From Planctomycetota bacterium (GTDB taxonomy: Bacteria > Planctomycetota > UBA1135 > GCA-002686595), in the NCBI GenBank assembly GCA_031413955.1, contig JANOGB010000024.1, positions 709-64,708 of the forward strand: a DNA stretch of 64,000 nt, written 5' to 3'. How positions within the stretch are numbered: position 1 is the stretch's first letter; each line of letters opens with the position of its first letter. Positions 53,722 to 63,093 of the stretch are shown here, piece by piece. The position numbers were made by a program, and so were the translations under genes. The notes beneath the pieces are model-generated. The model was not told where the DNA came from. It did not search any database and was given only the letters and a program-made list of their open reading frames with translations.

Positions 53722-56355
53722 ATGAGGTCCTCCCTGCCGACGCCCGATGCCCAGCTCCTGCTGGAGCACGCCCAGTGGATGCGCGTCCTGGCACGCAAGC
53801 TGGTGGCCGACCCCGAGCGCGCCGACGAGCTCAGCCAGGAGACCTGGATGCGCATCCTCGAGCGCCCGCCGCGTCTCGACTCGCCGTTCCGCGGCTGGAT
53901 CGCGACCGTGATGCGCAACCTGCTGCACGCCGAGCGCCGCGGCGCCGCCCGGCGCGCGACGCGCGAGGCCGCCAGCGCGCGCGCGGAAGCCCAGCCCTCG
54001 AGCCACGACCTGCTCGAACGCGCCACCCTGCAGCGCGAGCTGGTCCAGGCCGTGCTCGAGCTGGAAGAGCCCTACCGCAGCACCGTGCTGCTGCGCTACT
54101 TCGAGGAGCGCACCCCGCAGGAGATCGCCTCCTCCGCGCGTATCCCTGTTTCCACGGTCAAGACGCGCCTCGCGCGCGGCATCGCGCGCCTGCGTGAGCG
54201 TCTCGCCCGCACGCACGGGCCGGATGGCAGGACGAGCGTGCTCCTCGCCCTGGCACACATCGAGGCTCCCGCGCTGCGCTGGTCGCCCTGCTCGGAAACG
54301 AAGATCGCCGCCGCCTCCCTCGCCATGAACACCAAGCTGCTGGTTCCGCTCGCGCTCGTCCTCGCCGCCGGCCTCGTCTACGTGCTCTCCGCGCGCACGC
54401 CTGCAACGGCCTCCCCGCGCGCGAGCGAGCGCGAGCCGAGTGAGGCACACGTTGCCCTCGCCCCCGTGTCCCCGGGGGCGAGCCCCGCCGTGGCGCAGCG
54501 CGAACGAGCCGGCCCCGAGCGTGCGACCCGTCCGGCCACGACGCCAGCGGTGCCGGCGCCGACGCTTCCAGCGCGCGTGCGCGGTCGCGTGATCGACGCG
54601 CACGGAAGGCCGGTCGTCGCGGTGGAGGTCGTGCTCTCGGCGCAGGAAGCTCCAGAGAACAGCGCCACCCACGCCGAAGCCGAGTCTGCCCCCGTCGTCG
54701 CGCGTACCGATGCCGAAGGCGTGTTCGAGCTCGACGGGCAGCGCCACGGGCGCCTGTTCGTGCAGGATCTGCGCTGGACCACGGTGCTCGCCGGCGTCCC
54801 CGTCGACCAGCGCTCCGGCCAGGAATGCCGGATCGTCGTGGCCCCGAGCATCGCCCTGGAGGGCTTCGTGCTGGACGACCTGAGTCTGCCGCTCGGCGGC
54901 GCACGCGTCGCGCTCACGGCGCCGCCGACGCTGCGCGCGAGCCTGGCACAGGTGCTCGACTTCTCGGTCGACGTACCCTGGGAGACCCGCTCGGACGAGC
55001 GCGGACGGTTCCAGCTCGCGGCTGCACCGGCCATCGCGGAGGGCGAGCTGCGCGCCGAGCTGGAAGGCTACGCGCCGCACGCGGAACCCGCGCCGCTCGT
55101 GGCAAGGAACGATCTCGTCGTCGTCCTCGCGCGGCCGGGCGCCGGGGGTGCCAGTCTGCGCGGCACGGTGGTGGACACGGGCGGCTTGCCCGTGGCCGAA
55201 GCGCTGGTCTCGTACGGCGTCGACACGACGCGCACCGACGAAGACGGACGCTTCGCCTTTTCCCTCGGCGATCCGGACTCCTTCAACCACATGGCGGCGC
55301 GCTTCGGAATGCACGTCCCGGAGGGCCTGCTGCGCGCCCTCAAGCGCGGCTTCCTGCCGGCCGAACTGCGCGCGGCGCGCGCGAGCGACGGCCAGCTGGA
55401 ATGGCCGCGGCCGATCGTGCTGCGCCTCGGCTCGGAAGCGCTCACGCTCGCGGGGCGGGTGCTCGACGCGCGCGGCGAACCCCTGGCCGGCATGCGCGTG
55501 TGGATCGCCGACGCGACCTTCTTCGGCGGGCTCGTGCGCGACTCGGACTCCGAGCGCTTCCCGCAGTTCGTCCAGGTCGAGGCCCTGCTCGCGGGCGCAG
55601 GCCCGGACTGGACCTGGGCCGAGAGCGATGGCGACGGGCGCTTCGAGCTGAGCGGGCTGACGGAACGCGAGTACACGTTGGCCGTCATGGATCCCGCCAC
55701 GCTGCAACGCACCGACCTGCCGAACGTCGCGGCCGGGCGGCGCAACGTCGTGCTCGTGCTCCCGACCGACGAGCTGCTGCCGCGCCTCGCCGGGCGCGTG
55801 CTCGACGGTCACGGCAAGCCGCTCCCGAACCTGGCGGTATTCCCGATGTGCGACGCGCTCGAGACGCGCGTCGAGGGCCAGACCGTCGGCACACAACACG
55901 AGGTGGCGCCCGGCACGACCACCGACCAGGACGGTTGGTTCCAGCTCGAGCGCGTGCCCGAGCGCGCCGTCTACCTGCGCATCCAGGGCGCGGACACCAT
56001 TCCCCTCGAGTGGGGCCGCGGGCTCGCCGGCGGGCTGGCCGAGCTGGCCGGGAAGAGCCGCGAGAAGCTGGTCATCACCGTCGAGCGCCGCTGCCACTTC
56101 CAGGTCGAGCTGGCCGTGCCGGACGAGGCCGACGAGCTCGGCGTGCTGGACGCCGGGGGGCACGAGCTCACGATCAGCGAGTTCCTCGGCAGCGGCCGCA
56201 ACGACAACGAGCGCCACCCCATCGTCGCGGGCCGTTCGAGCACGCTGGCGGTCGGCGAGCGGGCCGCGGCGCTGGTCCTGTACCGCGCCGGCTCCGAGGT
56301 GCGCCGCGTGGCGCTCACGCTCGAGCCGGGCCCACCCGCGAGCCTGCGTCTCTGA
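53722..56355 (+). CDS. ECF sigma factor fused in-frame to a TM segment and four CarboxypepD_reg-like extracytoplasmic repeats
   Basis: Sigma-70 region 2 (ELSQETWMRILERPP...FRGWIATVMRNLL) and region 4 (YRSTVLLRYFEERTPQEIASSARIPVSTVKTRLARGIARLRERL). About 35 aa later comes MNTKLLVPLALVLAAGLVYVLSA, then repeats such as VRGRVIDAHGRPVVAVEVVL, LRGTVVDTGGLPVAEALVSY, LAGRVLDARGEPLAGMRVWI and LAGRVLDGHGKPLPNLAVFP. There is no stop codon anywhere in the frame. Confidence 0.8.
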   Translation: MRSSLPTPDAQLLLEHAQWMRVLARKLVADPERADELSQETWMRILERPPRLDSPFRGWIATVMRNLLHAERRGAARRATREAASARAEAQPSSHDLLERATLQRELVQAVLELEEPYRSTVLLRYFEERTPQEIASSARIPVSTVKTRLARGIARLRERLARTHGPDGRTSVLLALAHIEAPALRWSPCSETKIAAASLAMNTKLLVPLALVLAAGLVYVLSARTPATASPRASEREPSEAHVALAPVSPGASPAVAQRERAGPERATRPATTPAVPAPTLPARVRGRVIDAHGRPVVAVEVVLSAQEAPENSATHAEAESAPVVARTDAEGVFELDGQRHGRLFVQDLRWTTVLAGVPVDQRSGQECRIVVAPSIALEGFVLDDLSLPLGGARVALTAPPTLRASLAQVLDFSVDVPWETRSDERGRFQLAAAPAIAEGELRAELEGYAPHAEPAPLVARNDLVVVLARPGAGGASLRGTVVDTGGLPVAEALVSYGVDTTRTDEDGRFAFSLGDPDSFNHMAARFGMHVPEGLLRALKRGFLPAELRAARASDGQLEWPRPIVLRLGSEALTLAGRVLDARGEPLAGMRVWIADATFFGGLVRDSDSERFPQFVQVEALLAGAGPDWTWAESDGDGRFELSGLTEREYTLAVMDPATLQRTDLPNVAAGRRNVVLVLPTDELLPRLAGRVLDGHGKPLPNLAVFPMCDALETRVEGQTVGTQHEVAPGTTTDQDGWFQLERVPERAVYLRIQGADTIPLEWGRGLAGGLAELAGKSREKLVITVERRCHFQVELAVPDEADELGVLDAGGHELTISEFLGSGRNDNERHPIVAGRSSTLAVGERAAALVLYRAGSEVRRVALTLEPGPPASLRL

Positions 56356-56416
56356 GCGGATTCGCGACGCTTCGCTCGGAGCATCCGATCTGGACCCGAG
56401 CTAGAATTTCGGCTCG

Positions 56417-59362
56417 ATGCCCGCGCCCACCCCCGCGAAGAGCGTCGAGCCGTCCCTGCCGCGCGAGGTCGATGGGTTTCGCCTGCTGCGCGAGCTCGGA
56501 CGCGGGGGCATGGGCATCGTCTACCAGGCCGAGGAACTGTCCTCCGGCCGCGCGGTCGCGCTCAAGGTGCTGGCGACCGACGAACTCGTCTCGGAAGAGG
56601 CCTTCGAGCGCTTCCGGCGCGAGGCGCGCATGGCGGCTTCGATCTCCGACTCGCACTGCGTGTTCGTCTACGGCGCCCACCAGGTCGACGGCGCGCCGGC
56701 GATCGCGATGGAGCTGTGCCCGGGCGAGACGCTCGAGCACCGCCTCGGCAAGCGCGAACCGATCCCGATCGAGAGCGCGCTGCGCTGGACGCTCGAGATC
56801 CTCGAGGGGCTCGAGGCGGCACACGCGGCCGGCGTCGTCCACCGCGACGTGAAGCCCTCGAACTGCTTCATCACGCACGATGAGCACGTCAAGGTCGGTG
56901 ACTTCGGCCTTTCGCGCTCGCTCGACACCGACATCCGCTTGACGCAGTCGGGCGCGTTCCTCGGCTCGCCCCTGTACGCCTCGCCCGAGCAGATCAAGGG
57001 CCGCGACGTCGACCTGCGCAGCGACATCTACTCCTGCGGCGCGACGCTCTACGCCCTGCTCGCCGGCCGCCCGCCGTTCCATGGACAGAACCTCGGCGAG
57101 GTCCTGGCGCGCATCCTTTCCGAGAGTCCGCCCGCGCTGCGCAAGGCTCGGCCGGAGGTCAGCGTCGAGCTGGAGCGCGTGGTCGCGCGCGCGATGGAGC
57201 GCGAGCCAGAGCGCCGCTACCAGGACCATGCGAGCTTCCGCGCCGCGCTCGAGCCCTTCCTGGCGGGGGAAGCCCTGCCCGCCGGGCGCACGCGCCGTAC
57301 GCTCGCGTACGCGCTCGACCGGGTCGTGCTGACCGGCGCGACCCAGTGCCTGACGATCCTCCTTGTCTCGCTGGGCTGGGCCCGGCTGGATGCCGCGCAA
57401 TCGAGCAAGCTCGAGCCACTGGGCTTCGTGGTGTTCCTCGGCGCCCTGACGCCCCTGTACTTCGGCCTCTCCGAGGGCCTGGCCGGCGCGACGCTCGCCA
57501 AGTGGCTCTTCGGTCAGCGCGTCCTGGACGCCCGCACCGGTCGGGTGAGCCTCGCGCGCGCGCTCCTGCGCGCGCTCGTGTTCTCCTCTCCGCGCATGCT
57601 CTGGGAGGGCTTCCTGCTCACGCAGGAGTTGCAGCAAGGGACGCTCGTGGTCCTGGCCAGCACCCTGCTGCCGGCCACCTTCCTGCTGATGGCTTCCACG
57701 ATGCGGCGCCGCAACGGATTCCGGGGACTGCACGAGTTCGCCAGCGGCACGCGCGTCGTCCAGACGCGCTCTCCGTTCACGCGCTTCCAGGACAAGCGGC
57801 CCGTTGCGGTGCAGGAGACTGTGCCGGCGGAGGGCTGGCCGGCCGCGGTCGGACCGTATCGGATCGAGGGCTCGATCGGCCCGACACCCACGGGTGCGCT
57901 GCTGCAGTGCGTCGATCAGGATCTGAAGCGCACGGCCTGGATGTACGCCCGCCGGGTCGATGTGGCGGAGTCGAGCGAGGAACGGCGTGCGCTCGTACGT
58001 CCTGGCCGTCTGCGCTGGCTCGGCAGCACGTGCCAGGGCGAGATGCGGTTCGAGATGTTCGAGGCGCCGGGGGGCGCAAGCCTCCGCGCGTGCCTCGCAC
58101 GTCAGCCCGGGCTCGACTGGGCCACTGCCCAGCGCCTGCTCGCGGGCCTGGCGGCCGAGCTGGCCGGACCGCCCGTCGCCGCCGACACCGCCGGGCCGGG
58201 AGGCGCCGCGCCCGCGCGCCTGTGCCTGGAGCAACTCTGGATCGATCGCACGTGGAACGTGCGCCTCCTGGACGAGCCGATCGGCAGCGGAGGCTTCGCG
58301 TACCTTGCGCCACTGGAGCTCCTGTGCGAAGCAGCGCGCCTGCTCCTGGGCGCTTCCGATGGTCCGCGCGCGCCGCTGCCGGCCGGCTTGCCCCTTTCCG
58401 CCGAGCCCGTCGTGCGCAGGCTCCTCGGCCGCGCCCCACGCTTCACGAGCGTGGACGAGGCCAGCCGCGAGCTGCAGATCCTGGACGGACGGCCGACGCG
58501 TTTGAGCTCGCCGGCACGCGCGGTCCAGCTCGTCGTGAGCTCGATCGCGCCCGCCTTCGCGCTGCTCCTCAGCGTCTTCTTCCTCTTCCTCATCACGGAT
58601 TCCATCGATCTCCTCGACGAGAGCAAGGCCTGCATCCGCCAGCTCCGGGCACAGGAAGGCTCGCCCGAGCCCGAGCCGCGCATGGATCCGGACGATCGCC
58701 GCGCGCGCGAGCTCTTGATCGCGAACGGCGCCGCGAGCGCCTTGGGCCCGGCCTTCGCGAGCAAGCTCGATCCGGCCGAGGTCGCGATCCAAACGCACGC
58801 GCTCGCCGCCCATCCGTCGCCCAGCGCCGAGGACCTGGCCTGGGCGCGCGCGCGGATCCGCGCACGGCCCTTCCCCGAGCCCGGATCGAGCGCGACGCTT
58901 GCAGCCTCCCAGTACGAGACGCCTGCGCTCGAGGCCGAGATCGGTCCCCACGCCAGGCTCGAAGTCGTGCCCGGGGACGAGCCCCTGCGTCGGAAGCGCT
59001 GGCCGCTGGTCCCCCTGTTCCTGGCCGTGACACTCGGGGTGTGGGGCGTCGCCAGCACGCTCTTCGCCCTGGTCTTCCGTGGCGGCCTGTCGCTCAAGCT
59101 GTTCGGCATCGGCGTGCGCGACCGGCGTGGCGAGCTGGCATCCCGGCTGCGTTGCGCCTGGCGCAGCCTGCTCCTCTGGGTGCCGCTCGGAGTGCTGTAC
59201 GGCACAGGGGCCTGGCTCGCACACGAGGTCGCTCTCTCGGCGGGGGTGGCGCTGACCGTGGTCGCCGCGTTGATCCACGCTTGCGCCATCGCCTACGCGA
59301 TCTGGCGGCCAGCGCGCGGCCTCCAGGACCGCCTGGCAGGCACGCAGCTCGTTCCGCGTTGA
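56417..59362 (+). CDS. Ser/Thr protein kinase with RDD membrane module, internal pseudokinase-like domain and second RDD module
   Basis: Hanks kinase motifs GRGGMGIVY, ALK, HRDVKPSN, DFG and SPEQ. RDD-like membrane segments are at about aa 295-400 and 865-975 (LFGQRVLDARTGRVSLARALLRAL; LFGIGVRDRRGELASRLRCAWRSLL). The middle region starting YRIEGSIGPTPTGALL lacks catalytic motifs. Confidence 0.85.
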   Translation: MPAPTPAKSVEPSLPREVDGFRLLRELGRGGMGIVYQAEELSSGRAVALKVLATDELVSEEAFERFRREARMAASISDSHCVFVYGAHQVDGAPAIAMELCPGETLEHRLGKREPIPIESALRWTLEILEGLEAAHAAGVVHRDVKPSNCFITHDEHVKVGDFGLSRSLDTDIRLTQSGAFLGSPLYASPEQIKGRDVDLRSDIYSCGATLYALLAGRPPFHGQNLGEVLARILSESPPALRKARPEVSVELERVVARAMEREPERRYQDHASFRAALEPFLAGEALPAGRTRRTLAYALDRVVLTGATQCLTILLVSLGWARLDAAQSSKLEPLGFVVFLGALTPLYFGLSEGLAGATLAKWLFGQRVLDARTGRVSLARALLRALVFSSPRMLWEGFLLTQELQQGTLVVLASTLLPATFLLMASTMRRRNGFRGLHEFASGTRVVQTRSPFTRFQDKRPVAVQETVPAEGWPAAVGPYRIEGSIGPTPTGALLQCVDQDLKRTAWMYARRVDVAESSEERRALVRPGRLRWLGSTCQGEMRFEMFEAPGGASLRACLARQPGLDWATAQRLLAGLAAELAGPPVAADTAGPGGAAPARLCLEQLWIDRTWNVRLLDEPIGSGGFAYLAPLELLCEAARLLLGASDGPRAPLPAGLPLSAEPVVRRLLGRAPRFTSVDEASRELQILDGRPTRLSSPARAVQLVVSSIAPAFALLLSVFFLFLITDSIDLLDESKACIRQLRAQEGSPEPEPRMDPDDRRARELLIANGAASALGPAFASKLDPAEVAIQTHALAAHPSPSAEDLAWARARIRARPFPEPGSSATLAASQYETPALEAEIGPHARLEVVPGDEPLRRKRWPLVPLFLAVTLGVWGVASTLFALVFRGGLSLKLFGIGVRDRRGELASRLRCAWRSLLLWVPLGVLYGTGAWLAHEVALSAGVALTVVAALIHACAIAYAIWRPARGLQDRLAGTQLVPR

Positions 59363-59377
59363 CGCGTGCGGCGGAAG

Positions 59378-60403
59378 CTACTGGCTGCCGTAGCCGCGCG
59401 GGTGCGTGCGCATGAACTCCCAGGCGTCGGTGAGGATCTGCTCCAGCTCCGAGCGCCGCGGCTTCCAGCCGAGCACCTCGCGCGCCTTCGCGCCGTCGGC
59501 GACGAGCTGCGCCGGGTCGCCGGGGCGGCGGGCCACGACCTCGGCCGGGATCGCGTGCGCGCTGACCTTGCGTGCGAGCTCCACCAGCTCCTTCACGGTG
59601 TACCCGTTGCCCGTGCCGAGGTTGCAGGCGATCGCCTTCGTTCCGGCCTGCAGCTTGGCGAGCGCGCGCACGTGCGCGTCCGCCAGGTCCGCCACATGGA
59701 TGTAGTCACGAACGCAGGTGCCGTCGCGCGTGGGCCAGTCGCCGCCGAAGATCGACACGCACTTGCGCTTGCCGAGCGCCACGCCCAGCACCAGCGGGAT
59801 GATGTGGGTCTCGGGCTCGTGGTCTTCGCCCAGGCCTTCCTCGGGCATGCAGCCAGCGGCGTTGAAGTAGCGCAGCGCCGCCGTGCGCAGGCCGTAGGCG
59901 TGGGCGTAGTCCTGCATCATGTGCTCCATGTGCAGCTTGGTGCGCCCGTAGGGGTTGATCGGGTTCTGCGGGTGATCCGAGGGGATCGGGACCGAGCGCG
60001 GCTCGCCGTAGGTCGCGGCCGTGGACGAGAACACGATGTCGCGGCAGCCGTGCGCGCGCATCGCCTCGAGCAGGTTCCAGGTGTGGATCACGTTCTCGCG
60101 GTAGTACTTGGAGGGCTCGGTCACGCTCTCGCCCACGTAGCACTTGGCGGCGAAGTGCACGATGGCCACCGGGCGGTGGCGCTGGAACACGCCCGCGAGC
60201 GCGTCCCGATCGCCGAGGTCCACGGGCTCGAAGGGCGCGCGCACGCTCTCGCGGTGCCCGGTCGAAAGGTTGTCGAGCACCACCACGGGGACGCCGAGGT
60301 GCTCGAGCACGCGCACGAAGTGGGCGCCGATGTAGCCCGCACCACCGGGTACGAGGACCGGGCCGCTCGGAACGGGACCGGCGTAGGCGGGGGTGTCACG
60401 CAT
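59378..60403 (-). CDS. galE: UDP-glucose 4-epimerase
   Basis: VPGGAGYIGAH Rossmann motif, YGRTK catalytic motif, and full-length similarity to GalE-type SDRs. Confidence 0.9.
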   Translation of the reverse strand: MRDTPAYAGPVPSGPVLVPGGAGYIGAHFVRVLEHLGVPVVVLDNLSTGHRESVRAPFEPVDLGDRDALAGVFQRHRPVAIVHFAAKCYVGESVTEPSKYYRENVIHTWNLLEAMRAHGCRDIVFSSTAATYGEPRSVPIPSDHPQNPINPYGRTKLHMEHMMQDYAHAYGLRTAALRYFNAAGCMPEEGLGEDHEPETHIIPLVLGVALGKRKCVSIFGGDWPTRDGTCVRDYIHVADLADAHVRALAKLQAGTKAIACNLGTGNGYTVKELVELARKVSAHAIPAEVVARRPGDPAQLVADGAKAREVLGWKPRRSELEQILTDAWEFMRTHPRGYGSQ

Positions 60404-60497
60404 GCTCGGGGCGGGCTGGAGTCGTGGCAGAGCCTAGCGACGACGGCAGCCGCGTCGAGGGCGCGCTCGCAGGCAGCAGGGCGTCTCCGGTCCCGTG

Positions 60498-61877
60498 CTA
60501 CGGGTTGCCTTCCGCCTCCTGCCAGGCATCGGCAGGTGCCTGCAGGTCCTGTTTCTGCACACCCAGGGCGGTGAACGGGTCGCGCCGGTCGGCGCTCATC
60601 TCGTGCAGCGGGAACTCGATCTTCGACCAGGACAGGACTTCGGGATCGACGTCGCCGGCGTCCGCCACGGCGTCGGGTACGTCCCAGGGGAGCTGGAAGC
60701 CGCCCAGGTTCTCGTCGAAGTGGAATTTGGTCGACTGGTCGACGCTGATCTGATCGGCCACCAGCGCGCCCCACACCTCCGCTCCTTGGTCGACCTGGAT
60801 GGTGGAGTCCGGAGCGTAGAATCCGACGTAGATCTTGCTCCCCTGGTCGAACTGGACCGTGCCGACCGAGCTGATCAGGAAGGCGGCATCGACCGGCGTG
60901 CCCGCCTTCGGACGGACGGTGTAGCTCTTGTCGACCGACCAGACGCCGGTGTCGTAGATCGTGATCGGGCCATTGGTGCAGTCGAGCTCCAGCGTGGCCG
61001 ACTGCCCGGTGGTGTAGCCGTCCAGCACGAGCGTGGCCGGGCCGATGATCTTGAGCGTGCTGAACTTGCCCTGGGTGCAGTTCGTGTAGTGGTAGGTCCC
61101 GGGGTTGATCGTCTTGGTGGCATTGTTCGCGACGCTGTAGGCGCCGCTGGATGCGATCACGGGCACGGGGATCGCGGCCAGGGGGACCTTCTGCGCGTTC
61201 GGAGTCGTGGAGCCCGACACGTGGGCGCTGCCCGACATCGTCGGCGCGATCCCCGGCCCGCAGTTCACGTCGCCGAAGACCTTGACGTTGGCGTCGAGCT
61301 GGATCGTGCCGTTCCCCGCCGCTCCGCCCTTCGCCCCGGCGTAGGTCGTGCCGCCGTAGGTGTTGGTCGCCTGCGAGACGTAGGTCCCGAGCGTGGAGTC
61401 GTAGCTGTCGATCATGACGTCCTGATCGAGCTGCATGTCCTGGTCCGAGAACAGCATGCGGAAGAACCCGTCACCCGGGCCTCCGCCGCCCCCCCCGCCG
61501 CCGCCGTTGGCCGAGGACTCGACCACGACGCGCAACGCCGCGCGGCCGCGGTGCGTCATGGGCCACGAGTCGAGCTGGATGCGGCCGCTGCCGAGGTCGG
61601 TGGCCTCGACCCACAGAACTCCGCCGCCGAGATAGGCAGGCGCGTCCGCGTTCCCGATGTTGCCGCTCTGGCCGGCTCGGATGGCCTCCATGGCCTCGCT
61701 GATCCCGGCCTCGGCCAGCAGCGTCGCGCGCGTCGACTCCAGGTTTGCATCCTGCTCCTGGCCCAGGCGCTGGCCGACGCGCAGGAAGATCAGCGCCAGA
61801 ACGGTCATCGTGCCGAGCAGGATGGTGACGGTGATGAGCGTGCTCCCGCGGCGTCCGTTGCAGTTCGAATGGCGCAT
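60498..61877 (-). CDS. PilX-N-like minor pilin/pseudopilin-associated large protein
   Basis: N-terminus RRGSTLITVTILLGTMTVLALIFL is like PilX_N. A poly-Gly stretch and a Gly/Thr/Ser-rich beta-type C-terminal domain follow. It is the last gene of the pseudopilin operon. Confidence 0.6.
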   Translation of the reverse strand: MRHSNCNGRRGSTLITVTILLGTMTVLALIFLRVGQRLGQEQDANLESTRATLLAEAGISEAMEAIRAGQSGNIGNADAPAYLGGGVLWVEATDLGSGRIQLDSWPMTHRGRAALRVVVESSANGGGGGGGGGPGDGFFRMLFSDQDMQLDQDVMIDSYDSTLGTYVSQATNTYGGTTYAGAKGGAAGNGTIQLDANVKVFGDVNCGPGIAPTMSGSAHVSGSTTPNAQKVPLAAIPVPVIASSGAYSVANNATKTINPGTYHYTNCTQGKFSTLKIIGPATLVLDGYTTGQSATLELDCTNGPITIYDTGVWSVDKSYTVRPKAGTPVDAAFLISSVGTVQFDQGSKIYVGFYAPDSTIQVDQGAEVWGALVADQISVDQSTKFHFDENLGGFQLPWDVPDAVADAGDVDPEVLSWSKIEFPLHEMSADRRDPFTALGVQKQDLQAPADAWQEAEGNP

Positions 61878-61894
61878 GTTCCTCGGATTCCTCG

Positions 61895-62536
61895 TCAGTT
61901 GCCTTGGTTGCGGAAGACCACGCTGCGCTGCACCGTGCTGGTGAGCACATGGCCGTTCCCGTCACGCGCCGCGAGCGTCAGGCGCACGGTCACTTTGTTC
62001 CCGTCGAAGTCGAGCGCGAACCCGCGCTCGTCGATCAGCCCGTTCTCGTTCTCGTCGTCGCCGTCGAAGGTCTCGCCCGCGAGGTACTCGCGCACGCCCT
62101 CGCACAGCACGGTCCGGCGTTCGCCCACGGCACCCGGGTTCTCGATCCACACCAGACGGCCTTCGTCCACCAGACCGTCGCCGTTGTCGTCCAGATCGTC
62201 GTCGGCCTCGTCGTACTGGAGCTCGAAGCGCTCCAGCGGTCCCCAGATGATTTCCCCATCCGCGTCCGCGCCCAGGCCGCGCTGGAAGTCGAGCTCGGTG
62301 CCATGGAAGGGCGTCACGGCCTGGGGTGTGGCCAGGTCGGCGCTCGAGCTCTTCAGGCTCTCGCACACCCGGTCCAGGGCGCGCAGCGCCTGGCCGTCGA
62401 GCTCGGCCACAGCAATCCCCGTGCGCGTGGCGTTCGAGGCCGACTCGGTGGTCAGGAAGAAGAGCCCGCCGATGACCGACATCAAGACCAGCGCTACCGA
62501 CATCTCGACCAGCGTGAATCCTCCCCGCGCTCCCAT
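61895..62536 (-). CDS. prepilin-type N-terminal cleavage/methylation domain protein (pseudopilin)
   Basis: MGARGGFTLVEMSVALVLMSVIGG, a class III signal with G|FTLVE. ATG 62536; the longer 61895..63232 ORF is an upstream extension in the same frame, overlapping the neighbouring gene (which is in a different frame). Confidence 0.8.
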   Translation of the reverse strand: MGARGGFTLVEMSVALVLMSVIGGLFFLTTESASNATRTGIAVAELDGQALRALDRVCESLKSSSADLATPQAVTPFHGTELDFQRGLGADADGEIIWGPLERFELQYDEADDDLDDNGDGLVDEGRLVWIENPGAVGERRTVLCEGVREYLAGETFDGDDENENGLIDERGFALDFDGNKVTVRLTLAARDGNGHVLTSTVQRSVVFRNQGN

Positions 62537-62544
62537 CGCAGCCC

Positions 62545-63093
62545 CTAGAGATCCGTGAGCACGGTGACCAGTTCGAAGGTGCGCGCGCCGTTCTGCCCGT
62601 TCCAGCGGATCACGACTCGCAGCGGCAAGATGCGGTAGTCGCCCGCATGGTCGTCGGCGTCGACCGCCCCATCGCCGTCCAGGTCGCGCGGGAGCCCGAG
62701 CTCGACGTCGTCGCCGTCCTCGTGCAGGGCCGTCCCCGTGCCTGGGAACACGATCGCCCCGACGAACCCGTCCGCGTCGCCCTCCTGGGCAGCAAGGCCC
62801 GCGACCGCGAAGCCGCTGCCCGGGGCGGTGCCGCCCGGATCGTCGGCTGCGGTGTCGTTGTAGCGTGCGTAGATCTCGTCGAAGGTCGTGGCTTTCAGCT
62901 CCTCGATGACGCTCTGGGCCGCGCGCGAAGCCAGGGCCGTCTCGCGGTTGGTCATGTTGAGGGCGCTCGAGATCACCAGCGCGGTCACCACGGCGCCGGC
63001 CACGAGCAGGAACACGGTGCTCGAGATCATCAGCTCGAGCAGGGTGAAGCCCAGAACCGTGCGTTCGGCCCACCGCCTCGAAAGAGGCTTCAC
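62545..63093 (-). CDS. prepilin-type N-terminal cleavage/methylation domain protein (pseudopilin)
   Basis: VLGFTLLELMISSTVFLLVAG class III signal. Overlaps the upstream gene stop. Confidence 0.8.
   Translation of the reverse strand: MKPLSRRWAERTVLGFTLLELMISSTVFLLVAGAVVTALVISSALNMTNRETALASRAAQSVIEELKATTFDEIYARYNDTAADDPGGTAPGSGFAVAGLAAQEGDADGFVGAIVFPGTGTALHEDGDDVELGLPRDLDGDGAVDADDHAGDYRILPLRVVIRWNGQNGARTFELVTVLTDL

Noticed and set aside
56402-56407. TAGAAT -10-like hexamer 9 nt upstream of the kinase ATG.
   Set aside because: There is no acceptable -35 at 17-nt spacing (the hexamer there is gagcat), and it would imply a nearly leaderless mRNA. A single hexamer match is not enough.
61864-61871. 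GTTCGAAT (T-loop-like) near the start of the PilX-like gene.
   Set aside because: The flanking bases are not complementary, and it lies within or at the edge of coding sequence.
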